Assembly (NCBI GenBank): GCA_965238005.1 | Contig: OZ250165.1 | Span: 1,342,195-1,406,194, forward strand | Length of the DNA: 64,000 nt | From: Longimicrobiales bacterium | Lineage (GTDB): Bacteria > Gemmatimonadota > Gemmatimonadetes > Longimicrobiales > Gaopeijiaceae | Direction of reading: 5' to 3' | Shown here: positions 55,747 through 64,000 of the stretch, one piece after another | How positions within the stretch are numbered: the stretch's first letter is position 1 | Layout of the letters: every line of letters begins with the position of its first letter | Program-made: the position numbers and the translations under genes | Notes under the pieces: generated by a model | Told to the model about the DNA's origin: nothing | The model's input: the letters and a program-made list of their open reading frames with translations, nothing else | Database searches by the model: none

Positions 55747-56115
55747 GTGAACCTTGATCCCAGCCCTCGACCCTCGATGACCAGCACTCCACCGCCGTTT
55801 CCGGAAGGACGGCCCCCACAGTTCAGAGCTACCGTTCACGGCATGGTCTTCGCTGGCCGTGACGAACATCTGCAGAGCCTGGAAACCGGAGAGCCTCTCT
55901 ACCTCATCCCCGATCCCCCGGATCAGGAGGAGCCCGAGGTGTGGGTGCACCGTGAAGGAGGAGACCTCCTCGGGCACCTGCCCTCTGAGATCAGCTCCTG
56001 GCTGGCGCCCTGGCTCGGGAAGGGTGGGGGGGCTAAAGCCCGGGCCGTCAAGATCCACGGCTCGGAGGTGCCGAGTTGGAGAAGGTTGCTCTTGGAGGTC
56101 CGATGCCTGGTCTAG
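55747..56115 (+). CDS. stand-alone HIRAN domain protein
   Basis: VHGMVFAGRDEHLQSLETGEPLYLIPDPPDQEEPEVWVHREGGDLLGHLPSEISSWLAPWL matches the HIRAN pattern (..G...Y.G...L..G..L.L.REP.N..D..A..V....G..(I/L)G(Y/H)LP...A..LAP). The start is uncertain. Confidence 0.55.
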   Translation: MNLDPSPRPSMTSTPPPFPEGRPPQFRATVHGMVFAGRDEHLQSLETGEPLYLIPDPPDQEEPEVWVHREGGDLLGHLPSEISSWLAPWLGKGGGAKARAVKIHGSEVPSWRRLLLEVRCLV

Positions 56116-56141
56116 TCTAGTCTAGCAGACTGACCGAGAAC

Positions 56142-56867
56142 CTAGAAGGTCGACACCCGGTCGCTGCCCAGCGATTCCAGGGCGACCGTTTCACGGGTCC
56201 AGTACGGTTCTCCATATGCGCATCGGATCCGCGACCCGTGGTGAGCGCACTGGACCCTCACCTGATCCAGAAGGGGACGATCGCCTCCCCCGAAAGCCTC
56301 CCCTGCCGTGGTCTTGCCCTCGAACTGGGACTCGAAGCACGCCAGGGCGGCCAGCTTCGTGTCGATGTGATCCGTGATGTCCACCACGAAGGACGGGGTA
56401 GGTGCGTCCTCACGGAACAGCAGGCTGTGGACCACCTTCGTCGGACGATGAGCCTGCCCTGGAGCCGGATAGCTCCTCAGGCCTGCGAGGAAGGACGCGT
56501 CGTATGCGAGCTGGGCGGCGACCCGGTGATCCGGGTGCCGGCCCTCGCGCCAATGGGTGACGATGACGCGGGGCCTCAGCTCGCGGATGAGCCCAACGAC
56601 TCTTTCCCGGGACTCCTGGTCGTTCGCGAGACCGGAGTCACGGAGACCCGCGTTCCTTCGGACGGCCAGGCCGAGCACCTCCGCCGCTCTGGCAGCCTCC
56701 TGCTCCCTGACCTCTGGGGACCCCTGGCTGCCGCCCTCCCCACGGGTGAGGTCCAGGATCCCTACCCGGTCTCCGGCAGCTGCGGCCTTCGCCAAGGCTC
56801 CTCCGCAGTGCAGCTCCGCGTCGTCGGCGTGAGCCATGATAGCCAGGATGTCCAGGACGTCGCTCAC
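56142..56867 (-). CDS. PIG-L family deacetylase (BshB1-like)
   Basis: GTG 56867 gives VSDVLDILAIMAHADDAELHCGGALAK...ILDLTRGEGGS...HPDH. Confidence 0.75.
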   Translation of the reverse strand: MSDVLDILAIMAHADDAELHCGGALAKAAAAGDRVGILDLTRGEGGSQGSPEVREQEAARAAEVLGLAVRRNAGLRDSGLANDQESRERVVGLIRELRPRVIVTHWREGRHPDHRVAAQLAYDASFLAGLRSYPAPGQAHRPTKVVHSLLFREDAPTPSFVVDITDHIDTKLAALACFESQFEGKTTAGEAFGGGDRPLLDQVRVQCAHHGSRIRCAYGEPYWTRETVALESLGSDRVSTF

Positions 56868-56926
56868 GTGCGGGTGTCCTTTTCCGAGACGAAAATCTGA
56901 GTCGGGTCGAGAGGAAGAGTGCGAGC

Positions 56927-58186
56927 CTACTCGAAGCGTAGGGCATGAACCGGGTCGAGGCGCGATGCTCGGTACGCCGGGACGATACCGAAAAGGACCC
57001 CGGTCACGATAGCCATTGCGAGGGCGGCGATCACGGCCCACACGGGTACCACCGCCGGGATCGGCGTCATGGCAGCCACGGCCTTGGCGGCGCCGGCGCC
57101 GAGAGCCATCCCGGTCGCTCCGCCGAGGAGGGTGAGCACCGCCGACTCCACCAGGAACTGCCAGAGGATCTCCCGCCGGGTCGCCCCTACTGCCTTGCGG
57201 ATGCCGATCTCCCGCGTCCGCTCCGTAACGGAGATCATCATGATGCCGATGACGCCGATCCCTCCCACGAGCAGGCCGACGGACGATAGCGCGAGCATGA
57301 CCAGGAAGAATACACCGGTGAACTTGTTGAACGCCTCGATGATCTGGTCCGAGCGAAGGAGTGAGAAGTCGTTCTCCTCCGTGGGCCGGAGCCTTCGCAT
57401 GGAGCGCATGGCGCCGATGACCTGATCCATGACGTCGGCCGGGGCCACCGAGTGACGGGGAACGACCCAGACCCCCGCCTGCCAGTGCGAGGCTTTCAGC
57501 CTCTTCATGGAGGAGCTATACGGGAAGATGGCCCAGTGCTTGATGGCGGCGCTGAAGATGTTCTCCTCGTTCTGGAACACACCGACCACGGTGAAGGCCT
57601 CGTTGACGGCCCGTCTCCCGGCGCTCACGCGGATCTTGCGGCCAATGGGATCCAGGTCACCGAACAACTCCTCTGCCAGCGGCACGGAGAGTACGACCAA
57701 GGGGCGGGACTGCCGGACCTCCTGGGGCGTGAAGTCGCGACCAACGACGAAGTACCCGGGGGTGTAGGCGGGCCATCCCGACGAATACGCGTTGGATTGA
57801 ACCCCGTTCACGCGGCGGGCGTCCACCGACATGGTTGTGCTGAAGTTGAAGTTGTAGAGGGCCACCTCCACACCCGGAAGCCGGGCCAGGCGCTGCGCCT
57901 CTTCCGGCTCGACACGGGGTCGGTTCCACCAGGGGGGTCGCTGGTTGCCCGTCGAGATGCGGACGCCGGTGAAGTCGAAGCGCACCACCGCAAAGTTCTC
58001 CGGACCCGCGGTCTCGAAGCCGTCCATGATGGACTCCCGGATGCCGGTCACCATGGCCGCAATCATCATCACCACACCCACACCAATGGAGACTCCGAGG
58101 ATGGTGAGGCCGGAGCGGATCTTGTTGGCCCGGATGGAGTCGAGAGCGATGGATACGCCCTCGTCCAGCGTGCTCAGACGGCTCAT
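56927..58186 (-). CDS. ABC transporter permease, MacB/FtsX family
   Basis: 419-aa ORF with an N-terminal TM, a large periplasmic domain and a C-terminal FtsX 3-TM bundle (ERTREIGIRKAVGA). Confidence 0.85.
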   Translation of the reverse strand: MSRLSTLDEGVSIALDSIRANKIRSGLTILGVSIGVGVVMMIAAMVTGIRESIMDGFETAGPENFAVVRFDFTGVRISTGNQRPPWWNRPRVEPEEAQRLARLPGVEVALYNFNFSTTMSVDARRVNGVQSNAYSSGWPAYTPGYFVVGRDFTPQEVRQSRPLVVLSVPLAEELFGDLDPIGRKIRVSAGRRAVNEAFTVVGVFQNEENIFSAAIKHWAIFPYSSSMKRLKASHWQAGVWVVPRHSVAPADVMDQVIGAMRSMRRLRPTEENDFSLLRSDQIIEAFNKFTGVFFLVMLALSSVGLLVGGIGVIGIMMISVTERTREIGIRKAVGATRREILWQFLVESAVLTLLGGATGMALGAGAAKAVAAMTPIPAVVPVWAVIAALAMAIVTGVLFGIVPAYRASRLDPVHALRFE

Positions 58187-58187
58187 G

Positions 58188-59426
58188 TCACTCGTGCCTC
58201 AGCGCGTCGATGGGATCCAGCTTGGAGGCTTGCGAAGCGGGGTAAACGCCGGAGGCAATCCCCACGATCAGTCCCAACGACACCCCCAGTGCGATCCACT
58301 TGGCATCCACGGCCGCAGGAAGCGGCGAGAAGGTGGCCACCAGGTACGTAAGGCCGAGCCCGATGGCGACCCCCACCACCGCGCCCACGCCCGACAGGGT
58401 GATGCTCTCGATGAGCACCTGGCTGAGGATGTCACGCCGTCGGGCCCCGATGGCCTTCCGAACGCCGATCTCCCGTGTACGCTCCATGACCGACACCAGC
58501 ATGATGTTCATGATGACGATTCCCCCGACCACCAGAGAGATCCCCACCAGTCCTGGGAGAGCGAGGAAGAGGATCCGCGAGATCCGGTCCCAGAAGCTCA
58601 GCGTCTCGTCGGCCGTCTCCGCTGAGAAGTTGTTCTCCTCTGCGGGTCGGAGGCGCCTTCGAGCCCGCATGATGCCCTCGATCTCGCGCTGGAGCTCTCT
58701 GAGGTCAGCCGGATCCAGAGACTGTGCCACGACATGGTCGACGATGCCCCTTGGATTCGTCACGGCTTGGATGGGTGAGCGTGCGGGGGCGATGACCCGA
58801 TTGTCCAGGGAAAAGCCGAACAGGCTGCCCTGTTCCTCGAGAACACCGACGACGCGATAGGGGAATCCGCGTATGCGTACCCGGCGACCGATGGGGTCCA
58901 GCGACTCGAACAAGAGCTCGGCGGTGTCGACCCCCAGAATCACGACGGCGGTTCCTCGCTCGGCCTCCTGGGGGGAGAAAGGACGGCCCTTTTCGACCGC
59001 CAGGTCTCTGATCCGGAGGATCTCCGGCGAGACGGCCGAGATATTGACGTTCTCCACCTTCCGGCCATTGTCGGCGACGACCTCGCCGCCGGTTTCACTC
59101 TCGGCGCCGACCCTGGCCGGCACCGTGATCTGCTCCTGGACGGCCTGCCAGTCCTCGTACGTGATCCGAGGCCTCCGGAGCCGGGCTCGAGAGCCTCCAC
59201 CATTGAAGGTGGGTCCGTCCGACCACCTGCGAAGGGTCACCGTATTCACGCCGAACACCACGGAGGACAGATCCTCCCGGATATAGCGGTCCATGCCTTC
59301 GACGACGCTTACTACCACGATGAGGAATATGACGCCCACGATGACCCCCAGCAGGCTGAAGAAGCTCTTCAGCTTCTCAGTGCGGATCTGGTAGAGAGCC
59401 AGTCGAACGCCTTCAGCGAACTGCAT
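58188..59426 (-). CDS. ABC transporter permease, MacB/FtsX family
   Basis: 412-aa ORF with the same architecture (ERTREIGVRKAIGA). It abuts the downstream permease. Confidence 0.85.
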   Translation of the reverse strand: MQFAEGVRLALYQIRTEKLKSFFSLLGVIVGVIFLIVVVSVVEGMDRYIREDLSSVVFGVNTVTLRRWSDGPTFNGGGSRARLRRPRITYEDWQAVQEQITVPARVGAESETGGEVVADNGRKVENVNISAVSPEILRIRDLAVEKGRPFSPQEAERGTAVVILGVDTAELLFESLDPIGRRVRIRGFPYRVVGVLEEQGSLFGFSLDNRVIAPARSPIQAVTNPRGIVDHVVAQSLDPADLRELQREIEGIMRARRRLRPAEENNFSAETADETLSFWDRISRILFLALPGLVGISLVVGGIVIMNIMLVSVMERTREIGVRKAIGARRRDILSQVLIESITLSGVGAVVGVAIGLGLTYLVATFSPLPAAVDAKWIALGVSLGLIVGIASGVYPASQASKLDPIDALRHE

Positions 59427-59444
59427 GAATCTCCCTTCTGGTGA

Positions 59445-60743
59445 TCAGGAGGAGCCGTCGCCGCTCCCGTCGTCTTGTGCCCGCACGGCGTCTCCAGTCG
59501 AGAGCTGCCGAATCTGCTGATACGGGCCCGCAACGATGGTGTCCCCTTCGCTGACTCCGCTCAGGATCTCGAAGTGCTCCTGCCCGGTGATTCCGATCTC
59601 CACGGGTGTGAAGGTGACCTCACCGTCCACCACTAGGAACACACCCTCGACGTCGGTGTTCTGGCGGCGTCCTACAGGACCCAGTTCCCGGGCCTCCTGA
59701 TTCTCGTCTTCATCGGAAGCCGTGTCATCGTCGCGGTCGCCTTCGTCCGATGCCCGCACCGTGAGGGCGATGATCGGTACGGAAAGGGCGTTCTTGCTCC
59801 TGGCCGTCACGATGTCCGCCGTCGCCGAGAGGTCGGGCCGAACGCCTCCCGGCGGATCGTCCATGGTGATGACGACCTCGAAGTCGATGGCCGCCGTCTG
59901 TCCGCTACCGGCCGTCGAGGCGGGCGGCCGGATGGCGCTGTTCCCGATCTCGGTCACCACACCGCTGAAGAGCTGATCGGGGAAAGCGTCGAGCTCGAGG
60001 AGTGTGCTGTCACCGACCTCGACGTACGGGATATCGGTCTCGTCCACCTCCACGACCGCCTCGACCCGGGACAGCTCGCTGATGGTCAGGACCAGGCTGC
60101 CGGGGTTGTTCATGGTCCCGACGATGACGGTCTCACCCTCCTCCACATTCAATCGGGTCACCTTGCCCGAGATGGGGGCCGTGAAGATCGTCTTGCTGAG
60201 CCTCTCGCTGGCCTCCTCGAGGGAGGCGCCTGCCTGGGCCACACCGAACTGGAGGGACTCGAGTTGCCGCATGGCCAGCTCCACTTCGGTCTCGGCATCG
60301 TCGAGCTGCTGACGGGCGACCAGAACCGAGTCGGTCTCGAACAAGCTCCTGACCCTCTCGTAGTCTCTCCTCACACGCTCGAGACTGGCCTCTTGCTGTC
60401 GCCCCTGGGCGAGCGCCTGGTTCAAGGCCGCCGTCGCCCGTGAGACGGTCGCCGCGAACTGGGTCGGATCGAGGCGGAGCAGCATTTGCCCGGCCTCCAC
60501 GTCGTCGCCCTCGTCGACCAGAAGCGTGACCACCTTCGCGGACACGTCGGAGCTGATGTCCACCACGCGACCTGCCCGGATGTTGCCGCTCGCCGTCACG
60601 GTCTCAACCAGGTCCATGCGAGTCACCTCCTCGAGGCGGACCGGCACACCGCGGCCACGGCGGCGGGTCACGCTCAGGGCCGCTGCAGTGCCCAGGACCG
60701 CAACGATTGCCAAGCCGATGATTAATTTACGATTACCGGTCAT
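59445..60743 (-). CDS. efflux transporter periplasmic adaptor (HlyD/MacA family)
   Basis: 432-aa ORF with an N-terminal anchor, a lipoyl-like segment, a coiled-coil hairpin and beta-barrel segments (G.V..L.V.EG..V..GQ.L..LD). Confidence 0.85.
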   Translation of the reverse strand: MTGNRKLIIGLAIVAVLGTAAALSVTRRRGRGVPVRLEEVTRMDLVETVTASGNIRAGRVVDISSDVSAKVVTLLVDEGDDVEAGQMLLRLDPTQFAATVSRATAALNQALAQGRQQEASLERVRRDYERVRSLFETDSVLVARQQLDDAETEVELAMRQLESLQFGVAQAGASLEEASERLSKTIFTAPISGKVTRLNVEEGETVIVGTMNNPGSLVLTISELSRVEAVVEVDETDIPYVEVGDSTLLELDAFPDQLFSGVVTEIGNSAIRPPASTAGSGQTAAIDFEVVITMDDPPGGVRPDLSATADIVTARSKNALSVPIIALTVRASDEGDRDDDTASDEDENQEARELGPVGRRQNTDVEGVFLVVDGEVTFTPVEIGITGQEHFEILSGVSEGDTIVAGPYQQIRQLSTGDAVRAQDDGSGDGSS

Positions 60744-60758
60744 GGGCTGTTCGATGCC

Positions 60759-62264
60759 TTACTGTAAGCCAAGGGACCCCCCGACCACCGCCTCCAGGCT
60801 GGCCAGCGAGTCGTGGTACGCAAAGATAGCTGCGATCTGCTCGCGGTCCGCCTCGACCTTCAGAGTCTCGGCCTCCAAAAGCTCCAGGAAAGCGGCGAGG
60901 CCCACGCTGAAGCGCTCCCGGGCCAGCCGGAGCTGCTCGTCGGCGACGATCTGATTCTGGTCCTCGATCAACGCGGCCCGGTAAGCGGCTCGGACCGTAG
61001 CCAGCGTGGCCGCGATATCCGCCCGCAGGGCCAGCTCCTGCTCCCGGAGGTCGTAGTCCAGGTCTTCGAGCTGTACCTGAGCTTCCGCCACCTGGCGCTG
61101 GCGGTTGAAGCCCTGGAACAGCGGCAAGCTGATGGTTAGTGCGGCCGAGGCCGGCTGGGTGGTGAAGTCGAAGGGGAACGACCTGTTCCCGTTCTCGATA
61201 CGCCGCGCGGCTTCGTCGGTGAACGCGAAGGACGAACAATCCTGAGCCGGCAACGGATCGGCCAGCCGCGCAAAGAGATCGTTGGTGAAGAGGCAGTTCT
61301 GCACGGAGCCCTGAGCCTGGGCCTCCGCCTGTTGGATTTCAAAGGCCGTACTCGAGGCCTGACGTGTGAAGCCGCTGATTCCGGCACTGAAGCTCAGGGT
61401 CGGAAGGTAGGCGCTCTTGGCCATCTTCACGCCGTAGCTGCTGGCCGACCGGCTGGCTCGAAGCGACCGAAGATTCGGGTTGCTCTCCAACCCCAGGCTG
61501 TAGAGCTCGTCCCGGCTCCAGAATGGTTCCGAGAGCACGAATGGCGTCGTGGGAACGAAGGGGCTGTCGAGGTCGACTCCCATCTGCTGGAGAAGGCGGA
61601 TGCGGGCCGTCTCCAGGGCGTTCGTCGTCTTGAGCACGGTGACTTCGGCTCGCCCCGACGCCACCTCGGCCTGGGCGACGTCCACCGCGGTGGCGGCCCC
61701 CACCCCAAGCTGGGCCCGCGCGAGCCGGAGGTTGAAGCGCGCCCGCTCCCGCTGTTGCTCCGAGACGCGCACCTCCTCGCTTTGGCGGAGTACCTCGATG
61801 TAACCCTGCGTCACCTGGAAGACGAGCTCGGCTTCGGCTCCCGCCACCTGCGCCCGCGTGGCGACCCGATTCGCCTTCGCCTGGCCGGGCGCGAGAAGCG
61901 TTGTGCCGTCGATGTTGTAGCTCAGGCCCAGCTGGTAGTTCGAGAAGACGAACGATGGCTGGTCCGCGAAGCCGAGCTGCCCCGCGGTCAGGCTTCCGAA
62001 CACCTGCTCACCGGCGCCTTGCCACGAGACCCTAAAGTTCGTCGAGGCCGATGGGAAGAGCGAGCCGTATGCGGATCTCACGTTCCCGTCCGCTACGGCC
62101 TCATCGTTTCGCGTCGCTTGGAAGCGGGGATTGTTCGAGCGTGCGATCTCGATGGCCTCTTCCAAGCTCAGGGTTACGGGCACGATTTCCTGCGCGGTCG
62201 CCCGACCCGGGAAGACGAGCACCAGAGCCAGGGCGGCCCGGCCCAGGAACGATCCAGTCAACAC
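60759..62264 (-). CDS. TolC family outer membrane efflux protein
   Basis: GTG 62264 lies 6 nt after GGAGG and gives the signal VLTGSFLGRAALALVLVFPGRATAQ. The TolC start motif LSLEEAIEIARSNNP is present, and the protein has two repeat halves. Confidence 0.85.
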   Translation of the reverse strand: MLTGSFLGRAALALVLVFPGRATAQEIVPVTLSLEEAIEIARSNNPRFQATRNDEAVADGNVRSAYGSLFPSASTNFRVSWQGAGEQVFGSLTAGQLGFADQPSFVFSNYQLGLSYNIDGTTLLAPGQAKANRVATRAQVAGAEAELVFQVTQGYIEVLRQSEEVRVSEQQRERARFNLRLARAQLGVGAATAVDVAQAEVASGRAEVTVLKTTNALETARIRLLQQMGVDLDSPFVPTTPFVLSEPFWSRDELYSLGLESNPNLRSLRASRSASSYGVKMAKSAYLPTLSFSAGISGFTRQASSTAFEIQQAEAQAQGSVQNCLFTNDLFARLADPLPAQDCSSFAFTDEAARRIENGNRSFPFDFTTQPASAALTISLPLFQGFNRQRQVAEAQVQLEDLDYDLREQELALRADIAATLATVRAAYRAALIEDQNQIVADEQLRLARERFSVGLAAFLELLEAETLKVEADREQIAAIFAYHDSLASLEAVVGGSLGLQ

Positions 62265-62517
62265 GTGAAGCCTCCGTATGATTTGGAGGGCGTATACCTT
62301 GATCAAGCGTCTCTCGGGGATCGCGGACGGCCCGCCGAGAATGCACACACGGGTCGCACCAGACCTACGCCTACCCGGGTGTGCCGGTTTCATAGGGTTC
62401 GTGATGGGCGAAACGTCCGTACCAACACTATGGCGTACGGGTCGACCGGAGAGGATCTTCACGAGCCTACCCCGCTCGCTTTTTCGGCGGTTCTGGCGAA
62501 CACCCCGAAGGGGGGGC

Positions 62518-63234
62518 TCACGTCGGCGGGTCCCGCCGGACGGCTACATAGTCCTCTCCGGGAATCTCCACCCGGAGCACCCGGTTTTGACTGTCCAGCC
62601 ATATCTCGTGGACGGCTCCTGCCAGGGCCAGCTGCAGGCGCTGGGCCTGGACGGTGCGGTCTCCCAGCGAGATGGGCTCCACGGAGGCCATGCGCAGCAC
62701 GCCCTCCGCCTGTCCGCCCGGCCGCGGATGGATGATGGAGACGCGGGTCTCTCCGGGCCTCTGGTATGGGGCGAGGAAGAAGTAGTGGTGCGCGAGGAAG
62801 CGATCGAGGAGCACCGTGGGCGTTCGCGATGAGGGACGCCTGTACTCACGCTCCTCCACGCCTGCCTCAGAGGTCGTCTCGGCGACGAGCCTATCGCCGC
62901 GGCGCTGGAGCCGGACCTGAAGCTCTCTGGAGCCCGACACCTTCACCTGGTACGCGTCCAGGGACATCCCGACCCCCATGGTACCGAGGGCGGACTCGAC
63001 GGTCTGTTTCGCGCCCTCGCGCGTGAGCTCGAGGCTCCCCTGCGCGATGACCTGCGCGTTCTCGCCGAAGCCGGAGCGGCGGATCCGGAAGCTTTCGGTC
63101 CCGACGGCACGGCCGCCGATCTCCACTAGGAATGACCCCTCGTCGAGGACGACCGCTTGAGCGGAGAGCGCGGTGGATACGGGGAGAGAGCCCACGACCA
63201 GTAGTAACGCCGACACGAAACGCATGACTCGCAC
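62518..63234 (-). CDS. hypothetical secreted protein
   Basis: 238-aa ORF with signal peptide MRVMRFVSALLLVVGSLPVSTALSAQA. I recognise no family. Confidence 0.55.
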   Translation of the reverse strand: MRVMRFVSALLLVVGSLPVSTALSAQAVVLDEGSFLVEIGGRAVGTESFRIRRSGFGENAQVIAQGSLELTREGAKQTVESALGTMGVGMSLDAYQVKVSGSRELQVRLQRRGDRLVAETTSEAGVEEREYRRPSSRTPTVLLDRFLAHHYFFLAPYQRPGETRVSIIHPRPGGQAEGVLRMASVEPISLGDRTVQAQRLQLALAGAVHEIWLDSQNRVLRVEIPGEDYVAVRRDPPT

Positions 63235-63271
63235 TACACCGGATCCCAGCGTGCGGTTCGGATGTATGGCC

Positions 63272-64000
63272 TCATGGGTCCACTGTCGATTCGTGCGAAA
63301 GCGCGTCTTCGAGAACCGTGATGTAGCGCTCGAAGACGGCTTCCCCCTTCTCTACGGTGGCCAGCGTCGGCCGCCCCACCACGCCCTGGAAGTTGGGGTG
63401 GGGTGATGTGACCCGACCTTGAACGTACTTTCCAGAGGAGCCCGAGTGGTCTGTATAGTCTACGGCTTGGTCCATGCGGACGAGCTCGGGAGCCAGATAA
63501 AGGAGCAAGGACGTCTCCAGCTCTCCGCCGCGCTCGTGTTCGGGCCGACCCTCGACGAGGTCTCCGACCGCGATGGTCATGAGGTCCACGACTTCGGTCG
63601 TCGATGTGCTGGTGAGGGCCGTGAGGAGCGACTCCAGGTGCGGCTCGTGACGCTGAGCCGTGATCACGACCACCTCGGTGATTCCGTGGTCGTCCCAGCT
63701 CGCGAGGAGCTCGTTGATAGCACGATGGAAGGTCTTTCGGCGAAGGGTGCTTGTGCCCGGATACGGCGTCCAGTCCGGCTTTGTGAGGCCATAATGGAAA
63801 GTTGGCGCGACGACAATGCGCAGACGGCCAGAGAGGGTGAGGGCCACGCGCTCCGCGATGAGCGTGTTGGCGCCGAGTGGCAAGTGGGGTCCGTGGTGAT
63901 CGAGGGCGCCTACCGGGAGAATGAGCCGCGGATCGCACTCGAGGAAAACCTCGGGCCAAGACAGGTGGTTCAGTTGATATGACCGCTCCGGATCAGCCGT
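63272..64000 (-). CDS. creatininase (creatinine amidohydrolase) family protein, 5' end outside the window
   Basis: My hand translation upstream of TTG 63883 stays open to the window edge and reads LILPVGALDHHGPHLPLGANTLIAERV. The downstream motif GGELETSLLLYLAPELV is present. Confidence 0.75.
   Translation of the reverse strand, partial: TADPERSYQLNHLSWPEVFLECDPRLILPVGALDHHGPHLPLGANTLIAERVALTLSGRLRIVVAPTFHYGLTKPDWTPYPGTSTLRRKTFHRAINELLASWDDHGITEVVVITAQRHEPHLESLLTALTSTSTTEVVDLMTIAVGDLVEGRPEHERGGELETSLLLYLAPELVRMDQAVDYTDHSGSSGKYVQGRVTSPHPNFQGVVGRPTLATVEKGEAVFERYITVLEDALSHESTVDP

Noticed and set aside
61332-62735. 467-aa ORF antisense to tolC
   Set aside because: Shadow ORF. The product is Arg/Gly/Pro-rich.

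Overview
High-G+C bacterial chromosomal segment. Spot counts give 40/60 G+C at 9001-9060. Most of it is housekeeping genes: prs-ctc-pth-hppA, rpsF/rpsR-rplI-rsfS, smc, ffs-dnaX-ybaB-recR, mglA, pgsA, cinA, grpE-dnaJ and iscS-mnmA. There are also envelope and redox genes and a MacAB/TolC-like efflux operon. A Gemmatimonadota/Acidobacteria-like origin is only an inference, from the kinase-TolB fusion, orphan FtsX permeases and high G+C. I found no rRNA, no CRISPR array and no convincing complete tRNA.

Observations I rate highest:
1. A secreted peroxiredoxin has an in-frame UGA exactly at the peroxidatic Cys position, with a SECIS-like hairpin downstream. It lies next to a CcdA-TlpA electron-supply pair.
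2. Three tandem paralogs sit directly upstream of smc. They combine a P-loop-less BY-kinase/MinD-like domain, an acidic linker, a TM helix and two SPOR domains. A roughly 1.7-2.0 kb tandem segmental duplication also copied the first 22 codons of smc.
3. Ribosomal proteins S6 and S18 are encoded as a single ORF joined by a poly-Asp linker.
4. A low-G+C, terminase-only prophage or island remnant abuts a 5'-truncated TonB-dependent receptor. It ends in a structured non-coding region with a tRNA-like T-arm fragment.
5. An SRP RNA is hidden under an over-extended dnaX ORF.

Two genes (MBL hydrolase, alpha/beta hydrolase) are frame-disrupted, so indel errors in the assembly are possible. That caveat applies to the S6-S18 fusion, which contains a 10-C homopolymer. 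All coordinates of small motifs were counted by hand. All homology statements rest on recognised sequence motifs, not on database searches.
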